DNA of 64,000 nucleotides from Raja brachyura (Eukaryota): NCBI GenBank assembly GCA_963514005.1, contig OY740802.1:32302001-32366000 (forward strand). Direction: 5' to 3'. How positions within the stretch are numbered: position 1 is the stretch's first letter; the number at the start of each line of letters is the position of its first letter. The position numbers were made by a program, and so were the translations under genes. Below, one piece after another: positions 25,750-38,685 of this stretch. Under the pieces are notes generated by a model. The model had not been told where the DNA came from and searched no databases. It saw only the letters and a list, made by a program, of their open reading frames with translations.

Positions 25750-26600
25750 ATGGAGCACTGATGAAGATGCTGAGAATTCAAAGGGATATAGACAAATTGA
25801 ATGATTGGGTAGCAAAATAGCAAAAGGAGCTTGATGCAGAATATGCAGTGTCTACTTTAGTATAAAGATTGGGGAAGATTGATGTTCAAGGGACCAGGGT
25901 GTTCTTGTATGCAGGTCATTGCAAACTAACGTGCAGATGTAGCAGGGCATCAAGACAACATGATATTTTGGCCTTTATTGCACGATGTTAAAGTGGAAGA
26001 ATAAATACTTTATGGCAACTGTACAGGGCCCTAGTAAGATTGTGTACCATCTTGATCTCCTTCCCCAAAGGAAGATGTACGTGCTAAAATGCAGCAAGAT
26101 TCATCAGACTGGTTCCTGGGAAGTGATGACAGGAGGAGAGGAGGCAAGGCCTTAATTTTCTACAGTTTCAAAGAATAGATTGCTTAATTGAAACATACAT
26201 AACACAAAGTACCCAGAGAAGCAAATGCAGAGTACTTAAAGAGTACAGAACTGCAGGTGGCAATCTCAAAATCAAGGCTTGGCCACTTAAAACTTTAGTT
26301 TAGTTTATTGTCACGTGTCTCGAGGTACAGTGAACAAAGCTTTTGTTGCTTGCTAACCAGTCAGTGGAAAGACAATATATGATCGAGTGATCCACAGTGA
26401 ACAAATACATGAACCTGGTGAATCGATTGATTTTTCTACCCTGGATGCAAAGAAAGACTAATAAATTTATAGGTTAAATAGTTTGAAGTAATGTGAACAA
26501 AGAGTAAGAAATTGGTGTCCCTGGTAGAAAATCAACTGTGATGTTGGTAAATCTTAGACCAAGCACCAGGGCCAAAAAGTCAACTTCAGCTCTTATTTGA
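25750..26600 (+). mobile_element. Old CR1 ORF2 fragment
   Basis: Decayed LQxDIDxL...DLGVLV...ILAFIAR...LYRALVR...RFIRLVPG coding. Confidence 0.55.
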
Positions 26601-28518
26601 TAGGACCCTACTAAACTGTACAAAGAGATACTCTTTGCATGAAAAACCTTGCTAGCCAGCTAGTCAATTGAGATCCCCATATTAAAAAAAAACTGACTAT
26701 TAATACAGTTAGAAACATGAAATGATACCACTGAAGAATTCTGACACTTTTAACATCTCATTTGTTTAAACAACAATGCTATTGGCATGAATCATCAAAA
26801 TACCACTACAACTGATGCATTTGTAACCTGAACCTTACTTTTAGGATTGCCTTACAATAAAAGTTTTTTTTTTTTTTTTTTTTAAACCATCTTTTCTCAA
26901 AATCACTGGATCCAAGAGCTTCTTTTCAATTATTAAGGCAATTCCGATTACTTCAGCTGCAAATAAGTAACACAATCGCTTGTTCACTTAAACAGAACTG
27001 TGTATTACATCTGGAGGAGGAAGGGGCAATTTCCTGCTCTTAATCTACAAAGGCAGGAAGGGGCCCATATTCAACTATAGAGGGAGGAACAATTTAAGGA
27101 CAGAATGGAACAAGAAAAATGAAAATGTAAGTGAAAATGAAGTTTGGGTCTAACACTGCCCTAAGATGTTTCTTTAGAGACGGGCAGAGATAACTAATTT
27201 CCCAAATTCATGACCATTTTGTTTTGTGCATGGGCTAACTTTACCAAATGGACTGCACTTCCCATAATTCTCTCGTACCACAATTTTACAAGGCTTCTTG
27301 ATGTCTTGCAATGCCACATTCGCCTCGATGATATTGGCAGTCAATCCCATCTCAAGAATTCATGTCAGGGTTAGAGTCATAGCTTTAATGAGGTTTATAG
27401 CCCAGTAGTTCTGGCTAAACTCAAACTGAATACCTGTTCCAATGAAGATTTGGTGCAAACCAACATCAACGGTTTCGAACACTACTAGTTTCAACGATTT
27501 GGGTTAGCAGCAGGGCTTGATTATACTGTCAAACAACATATTCCATCATTTCACTGGTGATTGCAAGCAACCTGATTGGGAGTTATTAGGCAGCTTGAGC
27601 ATTTTGTTTCTTGTGGACATAAAACAGTAAAGTGCTGGCTAGCTTTGGAAGACACTTTTGCAGCCTATAAAGTTCTTGAACAGGTCAGTAGTTCTATCTT
27701 TCTTTTACAGGTGTCTATATGAAAATGTTAATGATTAGTTATGATTCGTGTCAAATCATACAGCAATTGTATAGGGAGTGTTCTTAACTATTTGCCATCA
27801 AATAGTGGGTATCAAATCAGCTTAACTGACTGGCTTCAGCGATGTTTCAGGAACAGGCTAAGGTAGAGCAATTACCCGGCATTTCAATGAAGATGGCTAT
27901 GAACATTTCAGCTGTGTCTTTTCAGACAAAGTAAGACTCTGCTGCTGCACACCGTTGACACATTATTGGAGCCTACTCCTCCCATTAGATGGAAATTCAC
28001 AAGATGATATTGATTTTTGTTTAATCTTTAGGACAGTTTAGCTCATTTAGATTCCAGTGTGAAATGTCTGTGTTTAAGCCTCTTTAGTTCTCCGATTTAT
28101 TCTTAGACAGTGCTTGATTAAAGGTTGTTACAGTATGCCATGCAAATTGCACCATCTATTTTGCGCATACAACACTCGGATTTATTTCTATGCCCCAAAC
28201 AATTTTTCTAAAATAATTTTGTCCCATCTTACCTCCAAAATATATTCCAACTTAATAGTTATTGCTAGTATAAATGTAAAAGCCATGAAATTAAATCAAT
28301 TAGATTACAGTATTTGTGCTTAACTGTGATTAATTTGCATGGGATTGAGTTCAAAGCCAAAAGGCAGCAATGCCAACTAGAGTTGATATAAAATATTTCA
28401 CTACTATTATTTGAAATCTCTTTGTATATATTTTGTGAAGGTACTCATGTCTGCTGGCATCCACCCTCGCCATTTGGCACCTTCACATGCACCCAGAATA
28501 GAACTCTAGTGAACACGA

Positions 28519-28611
28519 GGGTGGCACAGTGGTGCAGCGGTAACGTTGCTGCCTTGTAGTGCCTGAGACCCAGGTTCAATCCAGACTATGGGTCCTGTCT
28601 GTACAGGGTTT
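28519..28611 (+). mobile_element. HE1 SINE 5' (tRNA-related) fragment
   Basis: ggcacagtggtgcagcggta...ggttcaatcc. Confidence 0.7.
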
Positions 28612-29116
28612 ATTCTGACAAATGGTGCACAATCATCCTTGCTACAAACAACAAGTCCATTCATGTAAAAAATAAAATTATTTCAACAGGTGAATTTAAG
28701 ACTGAAGGCTACCATCATAGTTATGCACCGCTTTTAGAAAATCATGCAACACAACGGCTGGTTTACTTCACTGCATATTCACTAACACTATGTACTAGTA
28801 TACTTAGAAGTTGATCAGAGCAAACTCCGCAGTTAAATGAAATTGAGATTAAAAAATGTATTTAGTGAACTTAATATGCATTCATCGTTTTGTTTCTTTC
28901 TTGCACCCTCAATTACAAATGACACAGGATGCTATCAAATTATAAAATAAAAACTATTGTCACCACCATGAAGCTACAAGGTACAAAAGGGACAATACCA
29001 GGAATTAAATTCAGCAGAGGTAAGAAATCATTCAATTGGAATTAGTGGCCCTGTAAGGCAGTTCCAATGGAAGACTACTGTATGACATATTGTAATGACC
29101 TAGATTAAAATGTAAG

Positions 29117-29175
29117 GTAGACAAAATGTTGGAGTAACTCAGCGGGACAGGCAGCATCTCTGGAAAGAAAGAAAT
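29117..29175 (-). mobile_element. PLE-terminal fragment
   Basis: gacaaaatgttggagtaactcagcgggacaggcagcatctctgga. Confidence 0.8.
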
Positions 29176-30842
29176 GTTTATTACTGATGCTAGAACAAAT
29201 GTCTGTTTCGTTGGGGATTTTGGATTTAGTGATATCCTTCAAGTACAAGAAACCTTGATAGATCTCTGAATTTCTCCATTAACTTGCAAATGTACATGCT
29301 CCATTTTATTTTAAATCTCAATGTTTTTGTTATAGTATGCACACCAATTTGATTGCCAACTCATAAAATTGCTGCAGATATTGCTAATCCTTTACAGGCT
29401 AAATGGACTCAGAATTGAATGTAACAATAAAAGTCACTTAAAATATGAAAAGGCATCAATTCAGCAAAATGCAGCTCCCAAACACGGCAAACCTAAATTA
29501 TTGCCAACATGCACTAGTTATTCTCTCCAACACTAGTTTATACCACAGCCATGTCAGAGCTTCTCCCTGGCATAACCAGTTTGCCTACTTCCATGCATGT
29601 GAATTACCTGGCCATATGATGACATGCATGAGAGTTGGGTAAAAAATGTTTTTAAAACTAAAGTTGATGCATAATTTGGGTACAAAGATAATTTCATTCA
29701 ATAGCAAGCTGAAGTACAACTCAGAGGAAGACAAAGGTGACTTAAACATTGGAATATGTTACTACTCATGTCACTGAGCTGCCTAAACTTGATGAACAGA
29801 ACTTGTTTTCAAAATAAGTTAATCCATTTTAATTACAGAGATAAAGAATTTTGTGCGATACGACATCTGAGCACTTTATAATCAACTGAAGCACTTACGA
29901 AATGCAGTTTTTGCTCAAGTGTGGGAAATGTATCAGCCAGACTGTGCACATCAAACTCAAAAACAGAGCAATAATAATCAGAAAATGTATTCAATGATCT
30001 TGGTTATATGTTCTTCATGCCGTGGGATTTTGTTTTGTCCATTAGAGAACAAACAGCGCCCAAGTTTAACTTTCAAAAGAGAAGCATTCCTTCAACAGAA
30101 AAGTTCGTATTTCTATACATGTGCCCAAAGGGCAGAAAACCATAACCTTCCGTCTCTCAAGTATTCTCCTCCCAAGCAATAATTCATAGAATTTTCTTGC
30201 ATGATGCCCAGAATTTTAACTTCTATAACCTGCTGTCAGAATTTAATGCCAATAAACAACTCTAAACTTTGTTTTACTTTAAAATTAGCTTTATTTGAAA
30301 AATATACAAAAAATGTCCAAAATACAATCCAAATGTTATATAGCTAGCTCTAAACTGCATGTCAACACATCTAATAAGAAAATATGCAGATCAGATTACA
30401 AAGCTGATCAATTTGAGCCTCACATCACTAAAGCTGGTTTTTCAAGCTATACAGCCATATTTATAGTATTGTGTGCTATTTATGTTTGTGTGAATTTTCC
30501 CCATAAGCAGATAGAGCTCAGAAGGCCATTCTTTACAAATAACATACAATTATCTTTCAGTTATTGTTTTTCACAAGGGCATTTTGACCAGAAAAAAAGC
30601 ACTTTGACAAATATAATTTGCTTGCTACAAAATAAAAAATGTAAACAAAAAAAATCATGATATTGCATTCACTGGTTAACCTTATAATCTTACATCATGT
30701 TAGTGAATTACATTATTCTGTTTGGGTATACATTCAAAGGACACACAGAACAAGTCAACTATCAGCATCTCAGGGTGGGAGATACTCCCTTGAACTATCT
30801 GGGATAAAACCAATATTATGTACATAAATGACAGATTAATAG

Positions 30843-30980
30843 TGCAGGAAGGAACTGCAGATGCTGGTTCAAAACAAAGATGACAGAAAATGCTGGAGTA
30901 ACTCAGCGGGACAGTCAGCATCTCGTCACCCATTCCTTTTCTCCAGAGATGCTGCAAATTACTCCAGCATTTTGTATCTA
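30843..30980. mobile_element. Inverted PLE-terminal pair
   Basis: Minus copy joined to plus copy gtcacccattcc...ttactccagcattttgtatcta. Confidence 0.8.
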
Positions 30981-31609
30981 TGACCAATTAACAATTGATC
31001 TATACAAGACTACTTTGCTATCCATTGGTAAACCATATTAACTGATCAGAACACCAGGCTACGTTAACTTGTTTCTGCATTGGATTACTGGCCCTGCCAA
31101 TGACAGTTTGCTTTTTATTAAGCATATATGCTCATTCCCCAAGGAGAAAGTGAGGAGGGGAATTTGATTTGTAGAGAACTGCAGATGCTAGAAATGTAAA
31201 ATAAATGCAGAAAATGCTCGAAATATTCTGCAGATCTAGCAACATATGCAGAGAAAGAAACAGACTTAAGGTATCAGATTGATATCCTTTCATCAAAACT
31301 TAGAAAACTTCAAATGTTAATCTTTGAGTTCCACAGATGTCTGTGCCAGATGGAGACCAAATAATAAATAGAATGACAACCCTGGATGGGCAAGCTGTGA
31401 AAGAATGACAAAGGATTGTTAATTGCATTTTTTTGGGAAATTCCAACAAGGCTAAAGTCGTAGCTTTGCAATATTCCATTTTTAAAACTAGTTGAATTTG
31501 TGACTTGGAATTGTGTCAGATTTGAAACTCGGGTGAAAACTTGAAATGGTGGCAATGGTTGGATCAAGAAATGTTGTAGAATTGTATTACTGGGTGGTCA
31601 ACATATATC

Positions 31610-31710
31610 TGGAACAAAAGATACAACATGCTGGAGTAATTGAGTAGGTTTCATCATCCTTGGACAACACGGATGGGTGACATTTTGGGGCAGAACTCTT
31701 CTTCAGACTA
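31610..31710 (-). mobile_element. PLE-terminal fragment (diverged)
   Basis: atgctggagtaa...atgggtgacatttt...cttcttcagact. Confidence 0.65.
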
Positions 31711-32726
31711 CAAAAATGGCTGTGTTAGAGTAGGCGGCATTCATCTGGAACAAGTAGAGGGAGAATCCAAGTACAACCACCAAAGTAAAAAATGTAGGGG
31801 TACTATGAGAACCTATTGGAGGAAATTATCTAAATATGGTTAGTCCCACTGAACTGGTCAACAGAGAAGATAAATTAGTGGAGGACAGTATAGTCAATCC
31901 TGTCAAAAGCTACAGAGGTCAAGAAGAATACACTGGCACCACACAGAGTGCCCTTTCATTGCGATAGCCTTTGTGCTCTATTCCAAACATTCACTCAGTC
32001 AAACTCTCCTGTACTAAACAGGCCTTTGCTCAAGTTGTTGACTGTAACTCAGGCATCACCTCATCTATGTGTCCACAGACTATCAGAACCTCCTGTCTCT
32101 CTCATCGTCTCATGTTGGGTCTGATGGAAGCCGCTGTCTCTCCCTTGCTTTCCTTGGCTGCTAGCTTTTCCCAGCCCAGAGAATGCTAATGCTAACGTTC
32201 AATAGCCAATGACTGCCGTGAGCACATGACTGATGCTGCCAGTTTCACAATGATTTTTGCTCCCTATGCTGGCTGGTGCGCAACCCATATCTCAGGCTCA
32301 GAGTAACCACACTGCTCAACCGGCCAACACCAGCCCTCACACTTAGCTTCTCCACATTAAGCCATGGGGCAATCACATTTCCGTGACACCAGCTGAGGGC
32401 AAGGATTCATGTTAGGTCCCAGTCTAGCAGCCCCGTCAGTCACATCTCTTTCCAAATAAAGTCCCTCTTAGTGCTCATTCCATAAGCATTCTTATCCTTG
32501 AGATGGCATCACAAACTGCAAGTCAGGCAAGGGTATAATGCATCACAGTTAATCTTAAAAGCTTCACCCCCCCCCCTCCCCCCCCCCACACCCCACTTTA
32601 TTTAGTGTATTTTCTCTCAGGAGTTCACTGACAAGGTGAAAAAATCTGTGCCAAATGATCTGGAGTAATTTTTCAACTTTTACTCTACTTCTAGATAACT
32701 CAATTATAAAGAACTCAATCGACTGA

Positions 32727-33030
32727 GGCACGGTGGCACAGCGGTAGAGTTGCTGCCTTGCAGTGCTTAGTGCCAAAGACAGGGTTCGATCACAACTATT
32801 GCCACTGTCTGTACAGAGTTTATACGTTCTCTCCGTGACTGCGTGGATTTTCTGAGATCATCAGTTTCCTCCCACACTCCAAAAACGTACAGGTTTGTAG
32901 GTTGACTGGCTTTGTGTAAAATGTAAAATAGTCCCTAGTGTGTGTTAATGTGCAGGGATTGCTGTTCGGTCCAGACTCGGTGGACCAAAGGGCCTGTTTC
33001 TGCACTGTATCTCTAAACTAAAAAACGAAA
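32727..33030 (+). mobile_element. HE1-type V-SINE (near full length)
   Basis: A box tggcacagcgg, B box ggttcgatc, V-domain, tail gtatctctaaactaaa. Confidence 0.88.
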
Positions 33031-33909
33031 CCAAATCCAACTATTATGGCAAACAAACAAACTGCTGGAAGACTCAGCAGGTCGGGCAGCATCTGTGGAG
33101 GGTAATGAACCACATCATTGTGAAATAAATGGTTTGTTATTTGCGCAAAGATTCCAGCAACTATTCTCTATCATGGTCACACGCCCTATCAGAATTTTAA
33201 GCAACCCATCATCCATGGATTAAACAAAAAGTTAACAAATTTGTATGACTAACTTGTTCAAAAATTAGGACAAAGAGGGATGTGTACTTTGGTATACATT
33301 TCCAAACATCTCTCTCATTGAAATCCAGTCACCATTCTAACATAAAAGATATTCATGTTGTTTTGTTTACCTGGGCAATTAATATCTGTACCAGAGAGCA
33401 ATTGAAAAATTGGAAATTAATTCCCAATCATTGCTGAACTTGGCTTATAACTTTAAACAGTGCTGGTCACTTCAAAGCCATGCCTCATCAAAATCCTACA
33501 ATAGCTTATTACAGGACATGTATGATATTTTTTTCATCATCAACATTTAATCACAAGTTGATAATACTAACTGTCAAATCACACATGAAATTCAAATTAA
33601 AAGCCTTTCAAATTATGCGAGCTCACTTCATTGAGGTATCCTGTAACCAACGGCCAGGTCTGGGTGCTCAAGAACAAAACAATAGACGTTGAGTATTTAT
33701 CCAACAGCACGTATTTGGAGTTGCTAACATGTTACCTTATCAAACTGAATATTATGGAAAATTGATGCATAAGTTCTAAAAACATTAAAATAGCACAGAA
33801 AGTTTCCTGCTTTCCCTTGCTTTTTGTTCCTTTGTCATATGCCACCCAAATATTTTCCACAAAATTCCTTTTTTGCTAGCATCACGCAATTATAAAAATT
33901 ACAGAAAAT

Positions 33910-34240
33910 AGAAACAAGGAACTGCAGATGCTGGTTTACAAAAGAAAAACAGTGCTGGAGTAACTCAGAGGGTCAGGCAGCATCTCTAGAGAGCATGGAT
34001 GGGCATTTGTTGGGGTCAGGAGCCTTTTTCAGACTGATTGTATGGTGGGGGGGGGGCAGATGATAAGAAGAAAGCTGGAAGAGAGGAGGAACAGGACATA
34101 GCCTGGCAAGTAATAGATAGATACAGGTGAAGAGAGTTTGTGATAGGCTTTTTCCAAACATTTGTCTATCAAACCTCCCCGCACCCCATCTGGATCCACC
34201 TATTACGTTCCAAGCTTTGTCTTGCCCCTCCTCCCTTTCA
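33910..34240 (-). mobile_element. PLE 3' terminal region with inverted segment
   Basis: ggaactgcagatgctggttt...gcagcatctct...ttcagactga, followed by a reversed 3'-UTR piece. Confidence 0.75.
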
Positions 34241-34269
34241 TATAGATTATAGACATTTTCTAAAGATGC

Positions 34270-35776
34270 ATGATAGAAATGGAATAGAAATTCTACACAA
34301 AATTCCATCTTTCAAGTTGCATTGTATCAGATTATCCATTTTTGCAATATGCAGTTTTAAATAAATTTAGGACTAAAACAGCTCTAGGAGATTCAACAAC
34401 AAAATTAATAGCTGCGAAAAAACAATTTGAGTTTTAAGCAAGCAAACTAAATTTCAGAAGATCTCCAGGTAAAATGTAAAACAAAGGCAAATATCTGAAA
34501 TATTTTGAAGCAGTATTCAAATGAAGCAAACTTACTGAATACAAGTCATACTACATATTAAATGATTAACCAAGTTGTCCAAAAAAGTAAAAAAAGATTT
34601 TCAAATACTTATGCAATTCATTCTTGTTAGTTCGGATGGCACAAAAAAAAATCAAATTAACGTGCACTCCACTAGTTTACATTCCAGGTATAGCAATTTA
34701 ATACATTTTAAAAAGGCTTTTCAGTTCAGTTGCCAAAATTCACATCAAAGAGTGGGCTAAAGTCGCCACACTGAATGAAAAAACAAATAGATCTAAAACT
34801 AATCCACTGCTGTGAAAACCAAAAAATTCAGACTCGTGAAGCAATTCCAAAAATCAGCGCATTTTGACATTTTCTGACATTTCAAAGCTGAAGAGAAAGG
34901 CAAAGTAAATTTTGTCTTAGCATTATTGGAGTACATAACTGGAGTTCTGCGAAGCAAGATTACCTCAAAATGGAGACATGACTAACCCCCAAGGAGAACA
35001 GTTTCTTTTGCTCAACAAAACTTCATTGTATAACAAATCCTGCAAACCTCGAAAAAAATCGAAGTTGAACTGTACCCTATTTTACAATCAGCAATTCCAT
35101 AGTTTCAGTGGAGACGCAATACTCCTCCACCAATTAAAAAAGTTGTAGACATTCATGTCAGTTTCTCTCATATATACGTGCACGGACGTGTTCATCCATG
35201 GTAGGTCTCCAAAACCGTGTCTTGTTTTAAACTCGGGAGAATAAGGCAGCCTTAACGTGAAATTACAGGCTTCTATTTCAACAAAAAATTATAGACTATG
35301 CTGAGCCAATTTAATATAATGTTGTGCTTTTGTACCAATCACTTTTGAACGCCCAGAAAGAATCCCGTCTCCAGACAGAACCGAGCAAGCTGCTACTAAA
35401 TGATTGACCTTAAATACGCAACAAAGCTAGCAGTGTTGAAAATCCTAACTTGGGCCGAATTCACTTGGGACTGTAGTGCTGTCAGGTTGGACCTACTGAA
35501 GTAAATCAGCATATATAAACGTGTATATTATCTTCCAAGGCTACAGCTCATAAAACTCTATTCACAATATTTTTTCTTTGAGGTGTATGATAGAGCTGGA
35601 ATAGAAATTCTACACAAAATTCTATCTTTCAAGTTGCATTGTATCAGATTATCTATTTTTGCAATATGCAGTTTTAAATAAATTTAAGACTAAAACAGCT
35701 CTAGGAGATTCAACAACAAAATTAATAGCTGCGAAAAAGCAATTTGAGTTTTAAGCAAGCAAACTAAATTTCAGAA
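34270..35776. repeat. 190-bp dispersed direct repeat (34270-34459 and 35587-35776)
   Basis: About 184/190 identity by eye; copies are about 1.1 kb apart. Confidence 0.92.
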
Positions 35777-36997
35777 ACAAACTAAATTTCCTACACAATT
35801 TATAGGTTAATTTATTTTTTCAGTTATTTAAAATGTTTTAATTATATACGTGCCATATATGAAGTTAGTTTCACAAGTGTTCAGCTAATTTATTAAATAA
35901 GCAAGTGCTTCGAGAACAGAAACAAACATAAAAACAATTGCATTCAGTCCCTTAAGCGCATGACAAAAGCAGAATCGCAGGACAAATAGAATCTCCAAAG
36001 AGTGGATGTAAAGCTTTAAAGTTCGTGCCCGACTCCATTCTGTTTCTTGTCCTCGACAGTGAACAATGTTGCTCTTAATGATTTCATTTGTTGCTGCAAC
36101 CACTATTAGCTACACACAAATTGATTTCCAGAAGCTAATCTTCAGAAATCCTTTTAATAGAATGAGAATTTGACAAATCACGCTATTCAATAGTAAAGAG
36201 ATGGACTTGTGAAATGCAACAAGATTCATAGTGCACAGAATTACCCACCCAGATAAATTAGTGAATTTGCAAACTCTCTGCTCCTTAAATATTTGTCTCC
36301 CATTACACCAAATAGTTGATAGAATTTAACTTGGCTCTGCCATGCCTTGATAATTTGCTCCTTCCAAAGCCCAGTAGACTAATCATTTGTAGAGTAATTC
36401 ACAGCACGAGAAAAAAGTATCCTATTTTAAAGACAGATACAGTGGATAGGTGATTTTTTTTAGAATTAGAACTGCAGCAGCAAAAGAAAAGGGTGCAGCC
36501 AGTAAATCGTGGGGCAGTTTTGGTAACAGTTCATTAAATTTACCTTAAATTGAGGGGGGAACACTTGCAACCTGCTCCTTTCAGCCACGGATACTATTAC
36601 TCAACAGCATGAAAACGGGCCCTGCCACCCAACTTGCCCTTGCCGACCAAGATGCCCTATCTACACATTTACCCAAATCACTAAAAACATTGGATATTTG
36701 TTTAAAAATTCCTGGTATCACTTTCTGTTAATAGTTTCAGGAGCAACTCTGATCTTACCCCTCCCACAATGTTTAGAAACAGAAGCCAAAATAAACGTTT
36801 CACTGGGACTCTGCAGTTCTTAATACATGACAACAACAAAAATAGGGTGTGGAAAGAACAATTATAATTAGCGAGACAATGTCAGAAGCAAAACAAAAAT
36901 GAGGAATATAACCAGAACGTTTAATTTAATCAGCTTTGTTTTAAGCCTACTCAAACACATCAAACAAGAAATGCTGCACAAATGATACTATGACATC

Positions 36998-38685
36998 GTG
37001 TAGGAAAAAAACTGCAATGTTGGTTTAAATTGAAGGTGGACACAAAATGCCGGAGTAACTCAGCGGGACAGGCAGCATCTTTGGAGAGAAGGAATGGGTG
37101 ACGTTTCGGGCTGAGACCTTTCTTCTTCCTGATGTCAGGGGAGTGGGCGGTACAGAGATAAAATGTAGTCGGAGACAGTAAGACTGGTGTGGGAAGGGGA
37201 AGGGGGAGGGAAAGCAAGGGCTACTTGAAGTTAGAGAAGTCAATGGGGTGCGAGCTACCAAAGCAAAAGGTGAGTTGCTGTTCCACCAATTTGCACTCTG
37301 ACAATGGAGGAGGCCCAGGACAGAAAGGTCAGTGTGACAATGGGAGGAGGATTTAAAGTGCTGAGCAACCAGGAGATCAGGTAGGTTTAGGTGGACTGAG
37401 CAGAGGTGTTCAGCGAAACGATTGTCGAGCCTGCTCTTGGTCTCGCCGATATACAGGAGTCCGCATCTAGAACAGCGGATGCAGTAGATGAGGTTGGAGG
37501 AGGTGCAAGTGAACTTCTGCCTCACCAGAAAAGACTGTCGGGGTCCTTGGACAGAGTCGAGGGGGGAGGTAAAGGGACAGGTGCTGCATCTCCTTCGGTT
37601 GCAGGGGAAAGTACCGGGGAGGGAGTGGTTTGGGTGGGAAGTGGCGAGTTGACCAGGGAGATGCAGAGGTAATGATCTCTGCGGAAAGCAGAAAAGGGTG
37701 GAGATTGGAACATGTGGCTAGTAGTGGGATCCTGTTGGAGGTGGCGAAAATGTCGGAGGATTATGTGCTGTATGCAACAGCTGATGGGATAGAAAGTGAG
37801 GACAAGGGGGACTCTTGGTACGAACGGAGGGAGGGGGAAGCAAGATCGGAGGTACGATATATCGAAGCAACCCTAGTGAGAGCCTCATCTATATTGGAAC
37901 CCCCATTCCCTAAAGAATTAGGACATCTCCGATGACCTGGTATGGAACACCTCATCCGCAGATGCGGCATATACGGAGGAATTGGGAGTAGGGAATAGAA
38001 TCTTTACAGGAAGCAGGGTGGGAAGAAGTGTTGGCTAGATAGCTATGGGAACTGGAAGTATCCCGAGCTAATTCTGATAGCACCATTATCAATTGCGACA
38101 AGTGATGGCTTCCACTGATTGTTGCCGGAAGCTTGCAGGAAGTTTTCAGGACGGACGATGACAGCGAGGTCAACATTTGTAACAAGATGGACTCGAAAGT
38201 AGAAGAAGAAGTGGGTTTGTAAAAAATGCCAATCAATAGTCTGTCTCCTCTGATGGAGACGGTGAGATCTAGAAACAGTAGGGAAATGTCAGAGATGGTC
38301 CAAGTGAATTTGAATGCAGGACAGAAATTGATGAAGTTGATGAAATCAGTGAGTTCTGCATGGGTGCAGGAGGTAACACCGATGCAGTCGTCAATGTAGC
38401 GGAGGTAGAGTTTGGAAACAGGGCCAGTGTGTACGCCTGGAACAGTAATTGTTCGACGTACCCTACAAAGAGGCAGGCATAGCTGGGGCCCATGCGAGTG
38501 TCCAGAGCTGCACCTTAGATTTGGAGGAAGTGGGAGGAGTCGAAGGAGAAGTTGCTAGGCAAAGGAGAGTGTTAGCAGACAGAAATTAGCCTATTCTGTG
38601 GTCGAGGAAGAAACAGAGGGCTTTAAGACCTTCCTGGTGGGGAATGGAGGTGTAGAGTGACTGAACATCCATAGTAAAGATGAGG
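36998..38685 (-). mobile_element. Penelope-like retroelement, Neptune-type (RT, Cys-rich linker, GIY-YIG, terminal repeat); 5'-truncated and frameshifted
   Basis: RT motifs FTMDVQSLYTSIP, MGPSYACLFVGYVE and YLRYIDD (about 38387-38398). Linker GTFPCNRRRCSTCP. Endonuclease NLIYCIRCSRCGLLYIGETKSRLDNRFAEH. Confidence 0.92.
38051..38209 (+). mobile_element. 159-bp insert with (GAA)n tail inside the PLE RT
   Basis: Splits the YKPT|SHSYL motif and ends in agaagaagaa. Confidence 0.5.

Noticed and set aside
27851-27930. Plus-strand exon (tttcag...gtaaga) with one open frame
   Set aside because: Weak pyrimidine tract, unrecognised peptide, and no partner exons.
32727-32800. tRNA gene
   Set aside because: The A and B boxes belong to the HE1 SINE head. 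There is no full cloverleaf and the sequence runs into the V-domain.
34964-35039. Minus-strand coding exon
   Set aside because: Stops in all three frames.
34270-35776. LTR retrotransposon
   Set aside because: No recognisable primer-binding site, coding remnants, TSD or clear TG...CA termini. Kept only as a direct repeat.
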